Shown piece by piece: positions 36,334 to 46,205 of a stretch of 64,000 bases of DNA. A program made the translations under genes and the position numbers. The stretch spans positions 170,376 to 234,375 of the forward strand of contig CAVQDY010000015.1 in assembly GCA_963711365.1 (NCBI GenBank). The letters run 5' to 3'. Source of the DNA: Terriglobia bacterium (GTDB taxonomy: Bacteria; Acidobacteriota; Terriglobia; Terriglobales; Acidobacteriaceae). Below the pieces are notes generated by a model. The model saw only the letters and a program-made list of their open reading frames with translations. It did not search any database and was not told where the DNA came from. Position 1 is the stretch's first letter. Each line of letters starts with the position of its first letter.

Positions 36334-36473
36334 CAGTGGTCAGTGATCAGTTGTCAGTGGCCAGTGATTCGCAGTTAGCAATCTGTAGTTCGCAATTCGT
36401 AGCGACAGTGGTGGGGAGGCTGAGGCGTGGTGGTTTGCTGACCACTGCTCACTAGCCACTGGCCACTGACGTC
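36334..36473 (+). repeat. 20-unit heptad-periodic palindromic repeat in the cheW-cheR spacer
   Basis: The sequence runs CAGTGGT CAGTGAT CAGTTGT CAGTGGC CAGTGAT ... TGACCAC TGCTCAC TAGCCAC TGGCCAC TGACGTC. The arms GTCAGTGGCCAGTG and CACTGGCCACTGAC are exact reverse complements. Confidence 0.8.
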
Positions 36474-36489
36474 GGGGACGAGATAACGC

Positions 36490-37401
36490 ATGAGCACATC
36501 CGGAGCCGCACCAGCTCCAATATTGACCGAGGCGGAATTGAAGCTGCTGCAGGCGCTCATCTACCAGGAGTGCGGCATGCACTTCGACGAGCGTCGCACC
36601 CACTTCCTCCAGGACCGGCTGCTGCGCCGGCTCCGCGAGTGCCGCGCCGACTCTTTCTACGCCTACTACCGCCTCCTGATTAGCCACGAGGGCAAGGAGG
36701 AACTCGGTCGTCTGCTCGAAAACCTCACCGTCAACGAAACCAGTTTCTTCCGCCATAAGGCGCAACTCGACCTCTTTCAAAAAACGGTTCTCGAAGAATT
36801 GCTGAAGCACAAGAGCGCGCGCCGCGAGTACTCGATCCGTATCTGGAGCGCGGGCTGCTCCACCGGGCAGGAAGCTTACACCCTGGCCATGCTGGTGACC
36901 GACGCCCTGGCCTACTACTATCTTCGCAACCCCTTGCCCGTCGATCTGCCGCTGCCCAAGCCGCTGATTCCCCCGCCCTGGCGCGTCGAGATCCTGGCCA
37001 GCGATATCAGCTATTCCGTGTTGCGCGCCGGGCAGGACGGCACCTACAGCGAGCACCAGATGTCGATGGTGGACTACGGCTACCGCTTGCGCTATTTCGA
37101 CAAGGTCGCCGACCGCTATGCCATCAAGAAAACTTTGAAAGAGATGGTGCACTTCGACTTTCATAACCTGAAAACCGAGTATCTGCCGCAACGCAATGAC
37201 GTGATCTTCTGCCGCAACGTGATGATGTACTTCGATGAAGCCGAGCAGAAGCGCCTGATCGAAAAGTTTTACCGCTGCTTGAATCCCAATGGCTATCTCT
37301 TTGTGGGCCACGCCGAAAGCCTGCTCGGCCTGACCAAGAAGTTCCAGATGGTGCACAAGGATAGCGGAACGGCTTATCAGCGGCTTGAGGTTAGGGAATA
37401 A
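36490..37401 (+). CDS. cheR: Chemotaxis protein methyltransferase CheR
   Basis: 303 aa with ETSFFRH, IRIWSAGCSTGQEAYTLAML and DVIFCRNVMMYF. Confidence 0.93.
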   Translation: MSTSGAAPAPILTEAELKLLQALIYQECGMHFDERRTHFLQDRLLRRLRECRADSFYAYYRLLISHEGKEELGRLLENLTVNETSFFRHKAQLDLFQKTVLEELLKHKSARREYSIRIWSAGCSTGQEAYTLAMLVTDALAYYYLRNPLPVDLPLPKPLIPPPWRVEILASDISYSVLRAGQDGTYSEHQMSMVDYGYRLRYFDKVADRYAIKKTLKEMVHFDFHNLKTEYLPQRNDVIFCRNVMMYFDEAEQKRLIEKFYRCLNPNGYLFVGHAESLLGLTKKFQMVHKDSGTAYQRLEVRE

Positions 37402-37404
37402 CGC

Positions 37405-39660
37405 ATGACCAATTCGCCCGATGAGCGCGGCGCCGAATTACGGGATCTCTTCTTTGAGACCTCGCAGGAACTCCTGCAGGCTCTCAACGAAGAGGCGCTG
37501 AAGCTCGAAAAAAATCCTGGCGACGAGGAGATCGTCCGTTCCATCCGGCGCACCGTCCACACCCTGAAGGGTGACTCCGCCGCCTGCGGCTTGCGCGAGC
37601 TCAGCGAACTCGCGCATCAGTTTGAGGACGCGCTTTCCCTCGAGGAAGCCCAGTCCGACGCCGCCGTTGCCGAAATTGCTTTTGCCACCGCCGACATCTT
37701 TGCTGAGATGATCGCCGCCTATCACAAGAACACCCGGCTGCCCGCCACCCGGGCGCTGAGCAAGAGAATCCAGGATCTGACCGCGGCCCCCAGGAAAAAC
37801 AAAACGCGCATCGCGAACGGAAAGAAGACGGCTGGCAAGATCGCGAAAGGCAAACTCTCGGCCTCGAAAACCGCCGCATCGAAGTCCACCGTCAACAAGA
37901 ACTCGCTCACTCCGGCCGCATCCGGCAAAGCCCCGGGCAAGGCACCGGCGCAGTGGACCGAATACGAAAAGCTGGCCATGACCAAGGCGCAGGCCGACGG
38001 CCAAGACGTGCTCCATGTCATCGCCAAGATCGATCCGCACTGCGCCATGCCGATCGCCGGACGCCAACTGGTTCACAACGCCATTGGCACCATGGGCCCC
38101 GTCATCGCCGTGCGCCCCGATCCCAAATCGCCCGCTGCCTCCAAGCACGTTGAATTCGTTTTGGCCAGCATGCAGACGGCGGAGCAAATTGCCGCCAAGT
38201 GCAAGATTCCCACCATCGTCGAAGAAGTCAATGTGGACATTCTGCTGCGTGCCAGTGCCGCTGCTAAGCCTGCGGTGGCGCCGCTTCCCGGCCTCGCCCC
38301 GGCGGACGAATCCGCCGAGACCGAATCGGCTTCGTCTGATCCGGCCACGGCTGCTACTCCGGCCCTCGCTGCCGTCACCGCCACGCAAGAGAATCTCCTG
38401 CGGGTCGAAGCCGGACGCATCGATAACGTTCTCAACCTCGTCGGCGAATTGATTATCGGCAAGTCCATGCTGCAGCAGGCCCTCAATGAATTTTCCAAGC
38501 GCTACCCCAAGGAATTGTTGCGCGGCAAGTTTGCCGATGCCATGGCCTTCCAGGCGCGCGTGCTCAACGACCTGCAGCGCTCGGTCATGAAGATTCGCAT
38601 GGTCCCGGTCGACCAGCTTTTCCGCCGCTTTCCGCGCATGGTCCGCGATGTCGCGCGGCAATGCGGACGCGACGTCGAACTCGTGGTCAGCGGGCAGGAT
38701 ACCGACCTCGATAAAGGCATTCTCGATTCCATCGCCGAGCCGCTCACGCACCTGGTTCGCAACGCCATCAGCCACGGCATTGAAACTCCCGAAGAGCGCC
38801 GCAAAGCCGGCAAGCCGGCGCAGGGCATGGTTAAGCTCAATGCCTATCACCAGGGCAATCAGGTCATCGTCGAAGTCAGCGACGACGGCCGCGGCATCGA
38901 TGCCCAGAAGATTCGGACCAAGGCCATCGAAATGGGCCTGACCACTCCCGAAGAAGCGGCTAAGCTCAGCGAGCCGGAGACCCTCAACTTCATCTTCCGC
39001 CCCGGCTTCAGTACCGCCGAGCAGGTCACCGAAGTTTCCGGACGCGGTGTCGGCATGGACGTCGTCCAGAGCGTGCTGCACCGCCTGAAAGCCTCGGTCA
39101 GCCTGGAGACGCATCTAGGACAGGGCACCACGTTCCGCCTCAAGCTGCCGCTTACGTTGGCCATCATCAAAGCCTTGCTGTTCTGGGTCGAGCAGCGGCT
39201 GTACGCGATCCCGCTGAACGCTGTCCTCGAAATTGCCCGAACTTTCGAAGCCGAGGTCCATCAGGTCGACAACTACGAAGTGCTCCAGTTGCGCAATCAG
39301 GTCCTTCCGCTGTTGCGCCTGGGACGCCCGGCTCCCGACAGGGATCACAAAGCCAAGCTTTTTGTGCTCGTCATTACCGTTGCAGAGAGGAAGTACGGAT
39401 TGATCGTGGACGCACTCGAAGGGGAAGAGGAACTGGTGATCAAGGCATTGGACGATCAGACATTCTCCACCGACCTCGTTTCTGGCGCCTCGATCCTGGG
39501 AGACGGACGAGTTGTTCTGATCCTCAATCTGATCGCAGTCGTTGAACACGTTGCCCGTTTGCGGCCCGTGGAAATGGGACACGCAAACTCCGGCTTGTTG
39601 CTCACCTCGACCGACCGCCTGCGGCTGGCGCTCACTCCCGCCGTCGGAGGCCCGGCATGA
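37405..39660 (+). CDS. cheA: Chemotaxis histidine kinase CheA
   Basis: 751 aa with Hpt (HTLKGDSAA), a Lys/Ala-rich linker, a dimerisation domain, HATPase (SGRGVGMDVV) and a C-terminal CheW-like domain. Confidence 0.94.
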   Translation: MTNSPDERGAELRDLFFETSQELLQALNEEALKLEKNPGDEEIVRSIRRTVHTLKGDSAACGLRELSELAHQFEDALSLEEAQSDAAVAEIAFATADIFAEMIAAYHKNTRLPATRALSKRIQDLTAAPRKNKTRIANGKKTAGKIAKGKLSASKTAASKSTVNKNSLTPAASGKAPGKAPAQWTEYEKLAMTKAQADGQDVLHVIAKIDPHCAMPIAGRQLVHNAIGTMGPVIAVRPDPKSPAASKHVEFVLASMQTAEQIAAKCKIPTIVEEVNVDILLRASAAAKPAVAPLPGLAPADESAETESASSDPATAATPALAAVTATQENLLRVEAGRIDNVLNLVGELIIGKSMLQQALNEFSKRYPKELLRGKFADAMAFQARVLNDLQRSVMKIRMVPVDQLFRRFPRMVRDVARQCGRDVELVVSGQDTDLDKGILDSIAEPLTHLVRNAISHGIETPEERRKAGKPAQGMVKLNAYHQGNQVIVEVSDDGRGIDAQKIRTKAIEMGLTTPEEAAKLSEPETLNFIFRPGFSTAEQVTEVSGRGVGMDVVQSVLHRLKASVSLETHLGQGTTFRLKLPLTLAIIKALLFWVEQRLYAIPLNAVLEIARTFEAEVHQVDNYEVLQLRNQVLPLLRLGRPAPDRDHKAKLFVLVITVAERKYGLIVDALEGEEELVIKALDDQTFSTDLVSGASILGDGRVVLILNLIAVVEHVARLRPVEMGHANSGLLLTSTDRLRLALTPAVGGPA

Positions 39661-40745
39661 AGAGGGTACGCGTGCTCGTGGTCGACGATTCGGCGCTCAT
39701 GCGCAAGCTCATTCCGCAGATGCTCGCCGCCGACGAATCCATCGACGTCGTCGGCACTGCCATGGATGGCACGTTCTGCCTGAAGAAAATCGAGGAGCTC
39801 AAACCCAACGTCGTTACCCTCGATCTCGAAATGCCCGGCATGAATGGCATCGATGCTCTCAAAGAAATCATGCGGAAGCAGCCCGTGCCGGTGATTGTGT
39901 TCAGTTCGCACAGCACCGAAGGCGCCAGCATTACCATGAAAGCCCTCGGCCTGGGCGCATTCGACTTTGTCACCAAACCCAAAGATGCCTCGGCGCACAT
40001 GGCGGAGACGGCGCGCGAATTGATCGCCAAGGTCAAGGCCGCGGCCGACTGCAAGCTGAAGCCGCGCATGATGACTGGAAAGCCGCCCGCTCCGGAAAAG
40101 GCTCCCATTTCGAATACCAGCGCGGCCAAGGTCGTCGCCATCGGGGTTTCCACCGGAGGCCCGCAGGCGCTCGAACATGTGCTTACCCAGTTGCCCGCTG
40201 ATTTTCCCGGAGCCATCACTGTTGTGCAGCACATGCCCGACGGCTTTACCGACATGTTTGCCCGCCGCCTCGATGAAGTTTGTCCGCTGCGCGTCAAAGA
40301 GGCGCAGTCCGGCGATCTCCTGCAACCTGGTCGCGTCCTTATCTGCCCCGGCAGCCGTCACATGAAAGTAAAACGCCTGCCCCTCGGCGACATTATCGTC
40401 CTCAGCGACGAGCCTCGCGTCAACGGACATCGTCCCAGCGCCGATGTCCTGCTGCGCAGTGCGGCCGAAGAATTCAAGACCAATGCCGTCGGCGTGCTGA
40501 TGACCGGTATGGGCGACGACGGTGCTGAAGGATTAGGAGCTATTAAGAAAGAGGGCGGCATGACGATCGCCCAGAGTGAAGAATCCTGCGTCGTCTACGG
40601 CATGCCCAAGGCTGCCATCGAGCGCGGATATGCCATCCGTGTGGTGGCCCTCGACATGATGGCCTCGACCCTGCAAGCGCTTGTCGGCCGCGGGTCAGGG
40701 TCAGACGCCGGACATGCTGGCCGGGCCGTACGCGCCGGATATTGA
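39657..40745 (+). CDS. cheB: Chemotaxis response regulator protein-glutamate methylesterase CheB
   Basis: 362 aa with REC (VLVVDDS...TLDLEMPGMNG) plus the methylesterase domain (GVSTGGPQAL, HMPDGFT). It overlaps cheA by ATGA. Confidence 0.94.
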   Translation: MKRVRVLVVDDSALMRKLIPQMLAADESIDVVGTAMDGTFCLKKIEELKPNVVTLDLEMPGMNGIDALKEIMRKQPVPVIVFSSHSTEGASITMKALGLGAFDFVTKPKDASAHMAETARELIAKVKAAADCKLKPRMMTGKPPAPEKAPISNTSAAKVVAIGVSTGGPQALEHVLTQLPADFPGAITVVQHMPDGFTDMFARRLDEVCPLRVKEAQSGDLLQPGRVLICPGSRHMKVKRLPLGDIIVLSDEPRVNGHRPSADVLLRSAAEEFKTNAVGVLMTGMGDDGAEGLGAIKKEGGMTIAQSEESCVVYGMPKAAIERGYAIRVVALDMMASTLQALVGRGSGSDAGHAGRAVRAGY

Positions 40746-40828
40746 CATTGGATACCGGAAGCTTGTGACCAGCGTGATCTGGTTACCTGCAACCGGCCAT
40801 GATATTGGAGTAACAAGGGGAGGTCTGT

Positions 40829-41269
40829 ATGGAGCAGTTTGCACCCGTAAAACGCAGTAAGGATGGGCAGCCGGTGCGTTATCTGATCGTGGATGACTCC
40901 GTGTTTGCTCGTAAGAACCTGGCCCGCATGATTGAAACTTTCGGCGGGCAGGTGGCAGCTGAGGCCGGCGACGGCTTGACTGCCATCAGCGAGTTCGACC
41001 GCACGCATCCTGACATCGTGCTCATGGATATCACCATGCCGCAGATGGAAGGCATCGAAGCCGCCGAACGGATCGTCCAGCAGCATCCCGAAGCCCGCAT
41101 CGTGATGGTCTCCTCGGTCGGATACCAGGAGAACATCGTCGCCGCGTTGCAGCGGGGAGCTCGCCATTTTGTGCAGAAACCCGTCAAGCCCGAAGTGCTC
41201 TACGAAGTCATCAAATACGTGCTCGGCGAAGACGGAGTCGTCGCAGCTACGGCCGGAGCGGGAGCGTAA
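40829..41269 (+). CDS. cheY: CheY-like single-domain response regulator
   Basis: 146 aa with YLIVDDS...LMDITMPQMEG...QKPV and a good SD (AGGGGAGG). Confidence 0.88.
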   Translation: MEQFAPVKRSKDGQPVRYLIVDDSVFARKNLARMIETFGGQVAAEAGDGLTAISEFDRTHPDIVLMDITMPQMEGIEAAERIVQQHPEARIVMVSSVGYQENIVAALQRGARHFVQKPVKPEVLYEVIKYVLGEDGVVAATAGAGA

Positions 41270-41273
41270 TTCA

Positions 41274-41771
41274 ATGAAGATGGAACTTATCCAGCCTTTC
41301 ATCAACGCGGCCGACGCCGTGTTGTCGCAAGGCCTGCAGGGCTCAACCAAGGTGGGCAACCTCAGCATGGAAGAGGAAGCCTATCGCCGTAAAGGCGTCG
41401 CGGGCATGATCGCTCTGACCGGCGATATCGAGGGCAGGATCATCCTCGATCTCGAGCCGCAGACCGCCGTGCGCGTCGCCAGCCACTATGCAGGCACGGA
41501 TCTCCCTGAATCTGACGGGCTGATTAAGGAGACCATCTTCGAACTCGCGAATCAGGTCGTGGGCAACGCCATTTCGGCGCTCAACGACCAGGGATTCCAC
41601 TTCCGCGTCCATCCCCCTCTGCTGCTGACGGCAGAGCAGGGCGACAAAACCAGCGAAGACACCGAAGCGCTCATGATGTGCTTCGAGACCTCCCTGGGTA
41701 ACGTCTTCATGAATGTCGCGCTGCGCTATAACCGCAAACGCATGGCCGATCACGCCGCTGTCGGAGCGTAA
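41274..41771 (+). CDS. cheX: CheX/CheC-family chemotaxis phosphatase
   Basis: I place the start at ATG 41274 (MKMELIQPFINAADAVL...). The sequence resembles CheX (GMIALTGDIEGRIILDL, ELANQVVGNA). Confidence 0.7.
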   Translation: MKMELIQPFINAADAVLSQGLQGSTKVGNLSMEEEAYRRKGVAGMIALTGDIEGRIILDLEPQTAVRVASHYAGTDLPESDGLIKETIFELANQVVGNAISALNDQGFHFRVHPPLLLTAEQGDKTSEDTEALMMCFETSLGNVFMNVALRYNRKRMADHAAVGA

Positions 41772-41824
41772 ACAAAATATTCAGCCTTGCACTCCAGGGC
41801 TCTTTCTCGATCAGCCCGTGTCCA

Positions 41825-41904
41825 GCCGCGAAGCGGCGAAAGAATGCAGCCCACGACGCAAGTCGTGGGTGGCAAGCGCTCGATCACCAAGCTCCGAAAG
41901 GAGC
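41825..41904 (+). repeat. Cluster of three tetraloop-capped hairpins (REP-like element or small structured RNA)
   Basis: The three hairpins are GCCGC-GAAG-CGGC (41825-41837), CCCACGAC-GCAA-GTCGTGGG (41850-41869) and GCTCC-GAAA-GGAGC (41891-41904). They lie in a 390-bp spacer between convergent genes. Confidence 0.5.
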
Positions 41905-42159
41905 GAAAGAAAAAAGTACGACGCCATCACTCAATGGATGGCACTCACGAAATCCTCTCGCGGCAATATCTCCACAGACCAACTCATCCGGCAGTGACGG
42001 GCAGGTTGCTCATCCTGCTCGGCCAGAACTTTTATCCGGTTGCCCCATCCTTCCCGCGTTGTTTGCGGGAGGGTGGGGCTGTCCTGAATGCTGCCACCAT
42101 ATCGATTGGAGGGTAGCTTTGAGGTTTGGGAAAAGACAGCGCCGCGATTCACCCCAGGT

Positions 42160-42705
42160 CTACGGATCGTAGACCGATGTATGCATGCCCGCGCGCCGCG
42201 CCGCTTCCTGCATCATCTCCAGTTTTCGTTTCTGCTGATCGAGTATCTCCTCCATCTGCGCTACGCGCTGCATCTGGCGTCCCTGGGCCCGGTTGAACGG
42301 TCCCTCCGATTGCACGCTGCTGTTCGAATGCATTGCCGCTTTGGCCTGATCGATGCGCGCCTGCAGATCGGCAACTCGGCTTTCCTGCATCTGAATGCGT
42401 TCGCGCCACTGATTGCCCGCGTGCTCTTCCGCCAGCATCTGTTGATTGAGGCGCTGGTTCGGCCGACCGTCGTAGGGCCGGTTGACACCGGACACCATCG
42501 TCATAGGGTCAGATGCATCCGCCTCCGGAATCCCCGTCGAACTGTCCGGGAGGTCCGCATTCGTGATCGTCTTCGGTTTTGTCCCTGATGCCTGCTGCTC
42601 CTGCTGTTTCTCACGATTCGCCCGCGCGATATCCCCCAGCGATTGGCCGGACTGCCCAAACGCAGTGGCGTTCAGCAATACGGCGATGACAAGCATTCGG
42701 CCCAT
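42160..42705 (-). CDS. Secreted coiled-coil hypothetical protein
   Basis: I place the start at ATG 42705 because of the GGAGGA 3 nt upstream. It has a signal peptide (MGRMLVIAVLLNATAFGQ) and a Gln/Glu/Arg-rich helical remainder. The track ORF's N-terminal extension runs through the heptad repeat. Confidence 0.7.
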   Translation of the reverse strand: MGRMLVIAVLLNATAFGQSGQSLGDIARANREKQQEQQASGTKPKTITNADLPDSSTGIPEADASDPMTMVSGVNRPYDGRPNQRLNQQMLAEEHAGNQWRERIQMQESRVADLQARIDQAKAAMHSNSSVQSEGPFNRAQGRQMQRVAQMEEILDQQKRKLEMMQEAARRAGMHTSVYDP

Positions 42706-42735
42706 GAATCCTCCTGCTGTTCGTGGTAACGAACT

Positions 42736-42791
42736 CTGAACCCTGACCCCTGAACCCTGAACCCTGAGCCCTGAACCCTGAGCCCTGAAAG
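42736..42791 (+). repeat. Tandem heptanucleotide repeat CTGARCC x8
   Basis: CTGAACC CTGACCC CTGAACC CTGAACC CTGAGCC CTGAACC CTGAGCC CTGAAAG. Confidence 0.85.
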
Positions 42792-43209
42792 TCCGTGCGC
42801 AAGTGCGACTCCTATCAGGGCACGCATTCATGCGTGCCGCAAGAGCCGGGAAATCAATTCGCCTTTAGGCGCTGATTCTGGATTTCCGAACTTCCTCCAC
42901 GGACTCCGTCGCGCTTTCGTTCTGGGTGTTCTCTAATAAGAAGAACCCAGCGGACCCAATGCTGTCGCGACCCGAAAGTGTACTTCGGCGTTGGCGAACG
43001 TTCACCAGCCAGTGTCCGAATGACCCATGTCCCAGCGTGCGGGATTGTTTCTTGGATGGAGTTGCACCGATGGCACCCGGCCAAGCCATGATTCTTATTT
43101 ACCGATTCCTGTACTCGTATGTTAATTACTGATGCGTAATGTCCGAGTAAGCGACCACACACTGGGACTATCCCGAGCAGTGAGGCTGAGTTTGTTCTTT
43201 GGAGTTAAA

Positions 43210-45870
43210 TTACTCCATTCGCAGAGTCTGCATTGGATCGATCGATGCAGCACGCCGTGCAGGAAATGCGGCGGCCACCAGCGCGACAGTTGCCAGAAGG
43301 AGTATCACCCCCACGTATAAAGGTAGATCCAGGAAGTCAATTCCAAAAATCTCGCTCGCAAGTACTTGCCGTGTCAGAAGCGACATTGCCATTCCGATGC
43401 CGAGGCCGGAGCCGGCCAGTAATAAGGCCTGCTTTAGCACCATGGCCGTTACATTCTGCGACGATGCCCCGAAAGCCATGCGCAAGGCAATCTCCCCCTT
43501 GCGTTGAGTCACTGCGTAAGAAACTACGCCATAGAGGCCCACGATAGCCAACAGCAGCGCCAGCAAAGCGAATGCAGCCAAAAGAAACATCTGATATCTA
43601 CGTGGCCCAAACTCGGTTCCTAGGAGCTCCTCATATGTTGCCACCCGTTCAAGAGGAATGCCGCGATCGATAGCATGGGCGGCATCACGCAAATCGTTAG
43701 CTACTATAGCCGGATCACTTAGCTTTGTGTCGAGAACGAGTGCCATCGCCGCGGAAGGAGTCTGGGCCAAAGGAGTGTAGATTTCTGGGAGGGTTTCCGC
43801 CGTCGCTCCTCCACTGCGCACATCCGCTACGACGCCTACAACTGTCAACCATGGACTTCCGGGCCGCGGCGCTCCGAGGATCAAGCGCTTTCCGATCGGA
43901 TTTTCCCCGGCCCAAAAGCCCCGGACAAGCGTCTCATTTACAATTGCTACCGGCTGCGATCCATCCTTATCTTCGACGCTGAAGACTCTCCCTTGCCGGT
44001 CTGCAATTCCCATCACCCGAAAGTAATCAGAGCTGACAGCCTGATGATTCGCGAACTGCGGAACGTGTGCCGCCCCGAATGGTTGCCACGGGAGCCCTTC
44101 GACGCTGAAGGGATCGTGCAGCACGCGATCCGAGGCCGGCAGCATCGTAGTCGTCGCCACAACATTCACTGCCGCTATCGATCGGACTTGCTCCAGTAGT
44201 CGCTCGTAGAACTGGCTCTGTGCAGTCCCCGTTGAGTACGATGGAGGTAAGTTGATTTGCGCGGTCAGGATGCCATTAGGATCGAAGCCCAGCGGAACTT
44301 TCTGCAAGCGTAGAAAGCTGTGAATCAGCATCCCCGCTCCGAGCAGAAGTGTTACCGACAAAGCTGTTTCCACCACGACCAGGGTCGACCGCAGTTTCAG
44401 GCTACGCCTTTCGCTCAAAACTTGGTGTCCGGTTCGCCCGGCAACAGAATGTGCTCGACGGCCGATTAGCAGCCCCGGCATGAACCCGAAGAGCATCATG
44501 GCAATGAATCCGAGTCCTACGGCATATCCAAGTACCTTCGCGTCCAAAGACACCGCTAAGAACCTTGCCATTTCATAAGGGCTCAGACTGACGAGCAGCG
44601 CCGAAGCCGCCTGGGCAATGCCGATGCCGAGAGTCATGCCCGCTAACGCTATAACGATGGCTTCGGTTATCACTAACCTCACCAATCTCGCCCGGCCTGC
44701 GCCCAGTGCAATACGAACCGCAAACTCCCGTTCCCGACTCACGCCATGGCTTAGCATCAAGTTGGCAATATTCACACAAGCAATCAGGAAGATCAGCCCC
44801 GCTGCTCCCAGCATCAGCAACAGCGGCTCCCGAAGATTCCCGCTGAGTTCCTGATGGAGGGGCACCAAGTGAACTCCGTATCCCGGATCCTCCCCGTGCG
44901 GTCCCATTTGGATGTGGTATTCGTGTTCAAGGCGTGCCGCGAGGATATCCATCTGGCCTTGCGCCCGGTCCAACCGTACCCCCGCGCGCAGGCGCCCTAC
45001 CATCTGCAACTGTCCGGTATTCCTTCCCGGGTCCGCGACCAACTGAAGAGGTACCCAGATGTCCGGCGTCTGGGGATATCCGAGACTGAAAACCGCATTG
45101 TGCGCAAGCACCCCTACAACCCGATAGTTTTTACCATCGAGAACAATGTCCTTCCCCAGAATGGTGCGATCAGACCCGTATCGCTCTCGCCATACGACAT
45201 TGCTCAGTACAACGACATTTTCGTGGCCTGGTTGGTTCTCCAATGCCGAAAATGTTCTCCCTAGCACCGCGCGCAACCCCATCATCTGGAAAATATTTGC
45301 CGTCGTTCGCATTGCGAAAACTCTCTCGGGATAATCGCTGGCACGCAATACAAAGTGCGCGTCTTCAACTGCTCCCATGTCGTCGAACACTCGATTCTGA
45401 TTCTCGTAATCCACGAAATCTCCGACCGGGGCCGGGAATCGATCAATGCCAAGCACACGCAACTGTTCCCAAACCACCACCAGCCGGCTCGCGTCTGGAT
45501 AGGGCAATGGACGAAGCAAGAATGCCTGCACCAGTGAAAAAACTGCTGTGCTCGCTCCAATTCCGATAGCAAGGGTCAGAACGGCGGGCAGAGAGAACGC
45601 CGGACTACGGCGCAGTTGCCGGAATGCGTACAGAACATCGGAACAAATGCCGTTCAGTGACAGGAACATGTCCTCATCTGCAACACTCTCGTGCACCAGG
45701 CCGCTATTGCCAAAGCGCAGGATCGCTTCGCGCCGCGCTTCCTGTTCGGGCATACCTCGGCGGATTCCGTCCTCCTCCGACATTTCGATATGCGACTGCA
45801 ATTCCGCCTCGATCTCCGCGTCGAGTTGCTTGCGATGCTGCAGGTTGCGAATTCGCCGTATCAGGCTCAT
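43210..45870 (-). CDS. Duplicated FtsX/MacB-type ABC permease (ADOP family)
   Basis: 886 aa. The N-terminal prefix RRIRNLQHRKQLDAEIEAELQSHIEM... is typical of acidobacterial ADOP permeases, and there are two MacB_PCD/FtsX halves. Confidence 0.88.
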   Translation of the reverse strand: MSLIRRIRNLQHRKQLDAEIEAELQSHIEMSEEDGIRRGMPEQEARREAILRFGNSGLVHESVADEDMFLSLNGICSDVLYAFRQLRRSPAFSLPAVLTLAIGIGASTAVFSLVQAFLLRPLPYPDASRLVVVWEQLRVLGIDRFPAPVGDFVDYENQNRVFDDMGAVEDAHFVLRASDYPERVFAMRTTANIFQMMGLRAVLGRTFSALENQPGHENVVVLSNVVWRERYGSDRTILGKDIVLDGKNYRVVGVLAHNAVFSLGYPQTPDIWVPLQLVADPGRNTGQLQMVGRLRAGVRLDRAQGQMDILAARLEHEYHIQMGPHGEDPGYGVHLVPLHQELSGNLREPLLLMLGAAGLIFLIACVNIANLMLSHGVSREREFAVRIALGAGRARLVRLVITEAIVIALAGMTLGIGIAQAASALLVSLSPYEMARFLAVSLDAKVLGYAVGLGFIAMMLFGFMPGLLIGRRAHSVAGRTGHQVLSERRSLKLRSTLVVVETALSVTLLLGAGMLIHSFLRLQKVPLGFDPNGILTAQINLPPSYSTGTAQSQFYERLLEQVRSIAAVNVVATTTMLPASDRVLHDPFSVEGLPWQPFGAAHVPQFANHQAVSSDYFRVMGIADRQGRVFSVEDKDGSQPVAIVNETLVRGFWAGENPIGKRLILGAPRPGSPWLTVVGVVADVRSGGATAETLPEIYTPLAQTPSAAMALVLDTKLSDPAIVANDLRDAAHAIDRGIPLERVATYEELLGTEFGPRRYQMFLLAAFALLALLLAIVGLYGVVSYAVTQRKGEIALRMAFGASSQNVTAMVLKQALLLAGSGLGIGMAMSLLTRQVLASEIFGIDFLDLPLYVGVILLLATVALVAAAFPARRAASIDPMQTLRME

Positions 45871-45878
45871 CAGTCACC

Positions 45879-46205
45879 TCAGGCGTAACGTAGAATCGAG
45901 CGAATTCCTTTTACTAGCTGCTCGAAGCTCTCTTGCGCTGCTTGCAACTGCTTTTGTCCAGTGCGTGTCAGCTTGTAATACTTCGCCTTGCGATTCGTCT
46001 CTGTCATACCCCACTCGGAAGCGATCCAACCGCTCTGTTCCATCCGGTGGAGAGCCGGATAGATCGAGCCCTCCTCCACCTGTAGCAATTCATCTGAGGC
46101 TCGCTGTATATGCTGAACAATTCCGTAACCGTGGAGTTTGGCCCTCTGGGAGAGAGTCTTGAGGACCAGGAGATCGAGACTGCCCTGCAGGTCATTCTTA
46201 GCCAT
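45879..46205 (-). CDS. PadR-family transcriptional regulator
   Basis: 108 aa with LDLLVLKTLSQRAKLHGYGIVQHIQ...EGSIYPALHRMEQSGWI. It lies directly upstream of the permease, 8 nt away. Confidence 0.9.
   Translation of the reverse strand: MAKNDLQGSLDLLVLKTLSQRAKLHGYGIVQHIQRASDELLQVEEGSIYPALHRMEQSGWIASEWGMTETNRKAKYYKLTRTGQKQLQAAQESFEQLVKGIRSILRYA

Noticed and set aside
36334-36473. A CRISPR array, considered for this and the other short-repeat loci (42736, 63706).
   Set aside because: The units are 7 nt long and contiguous, with no spacers, and no cas genes are present in the window.
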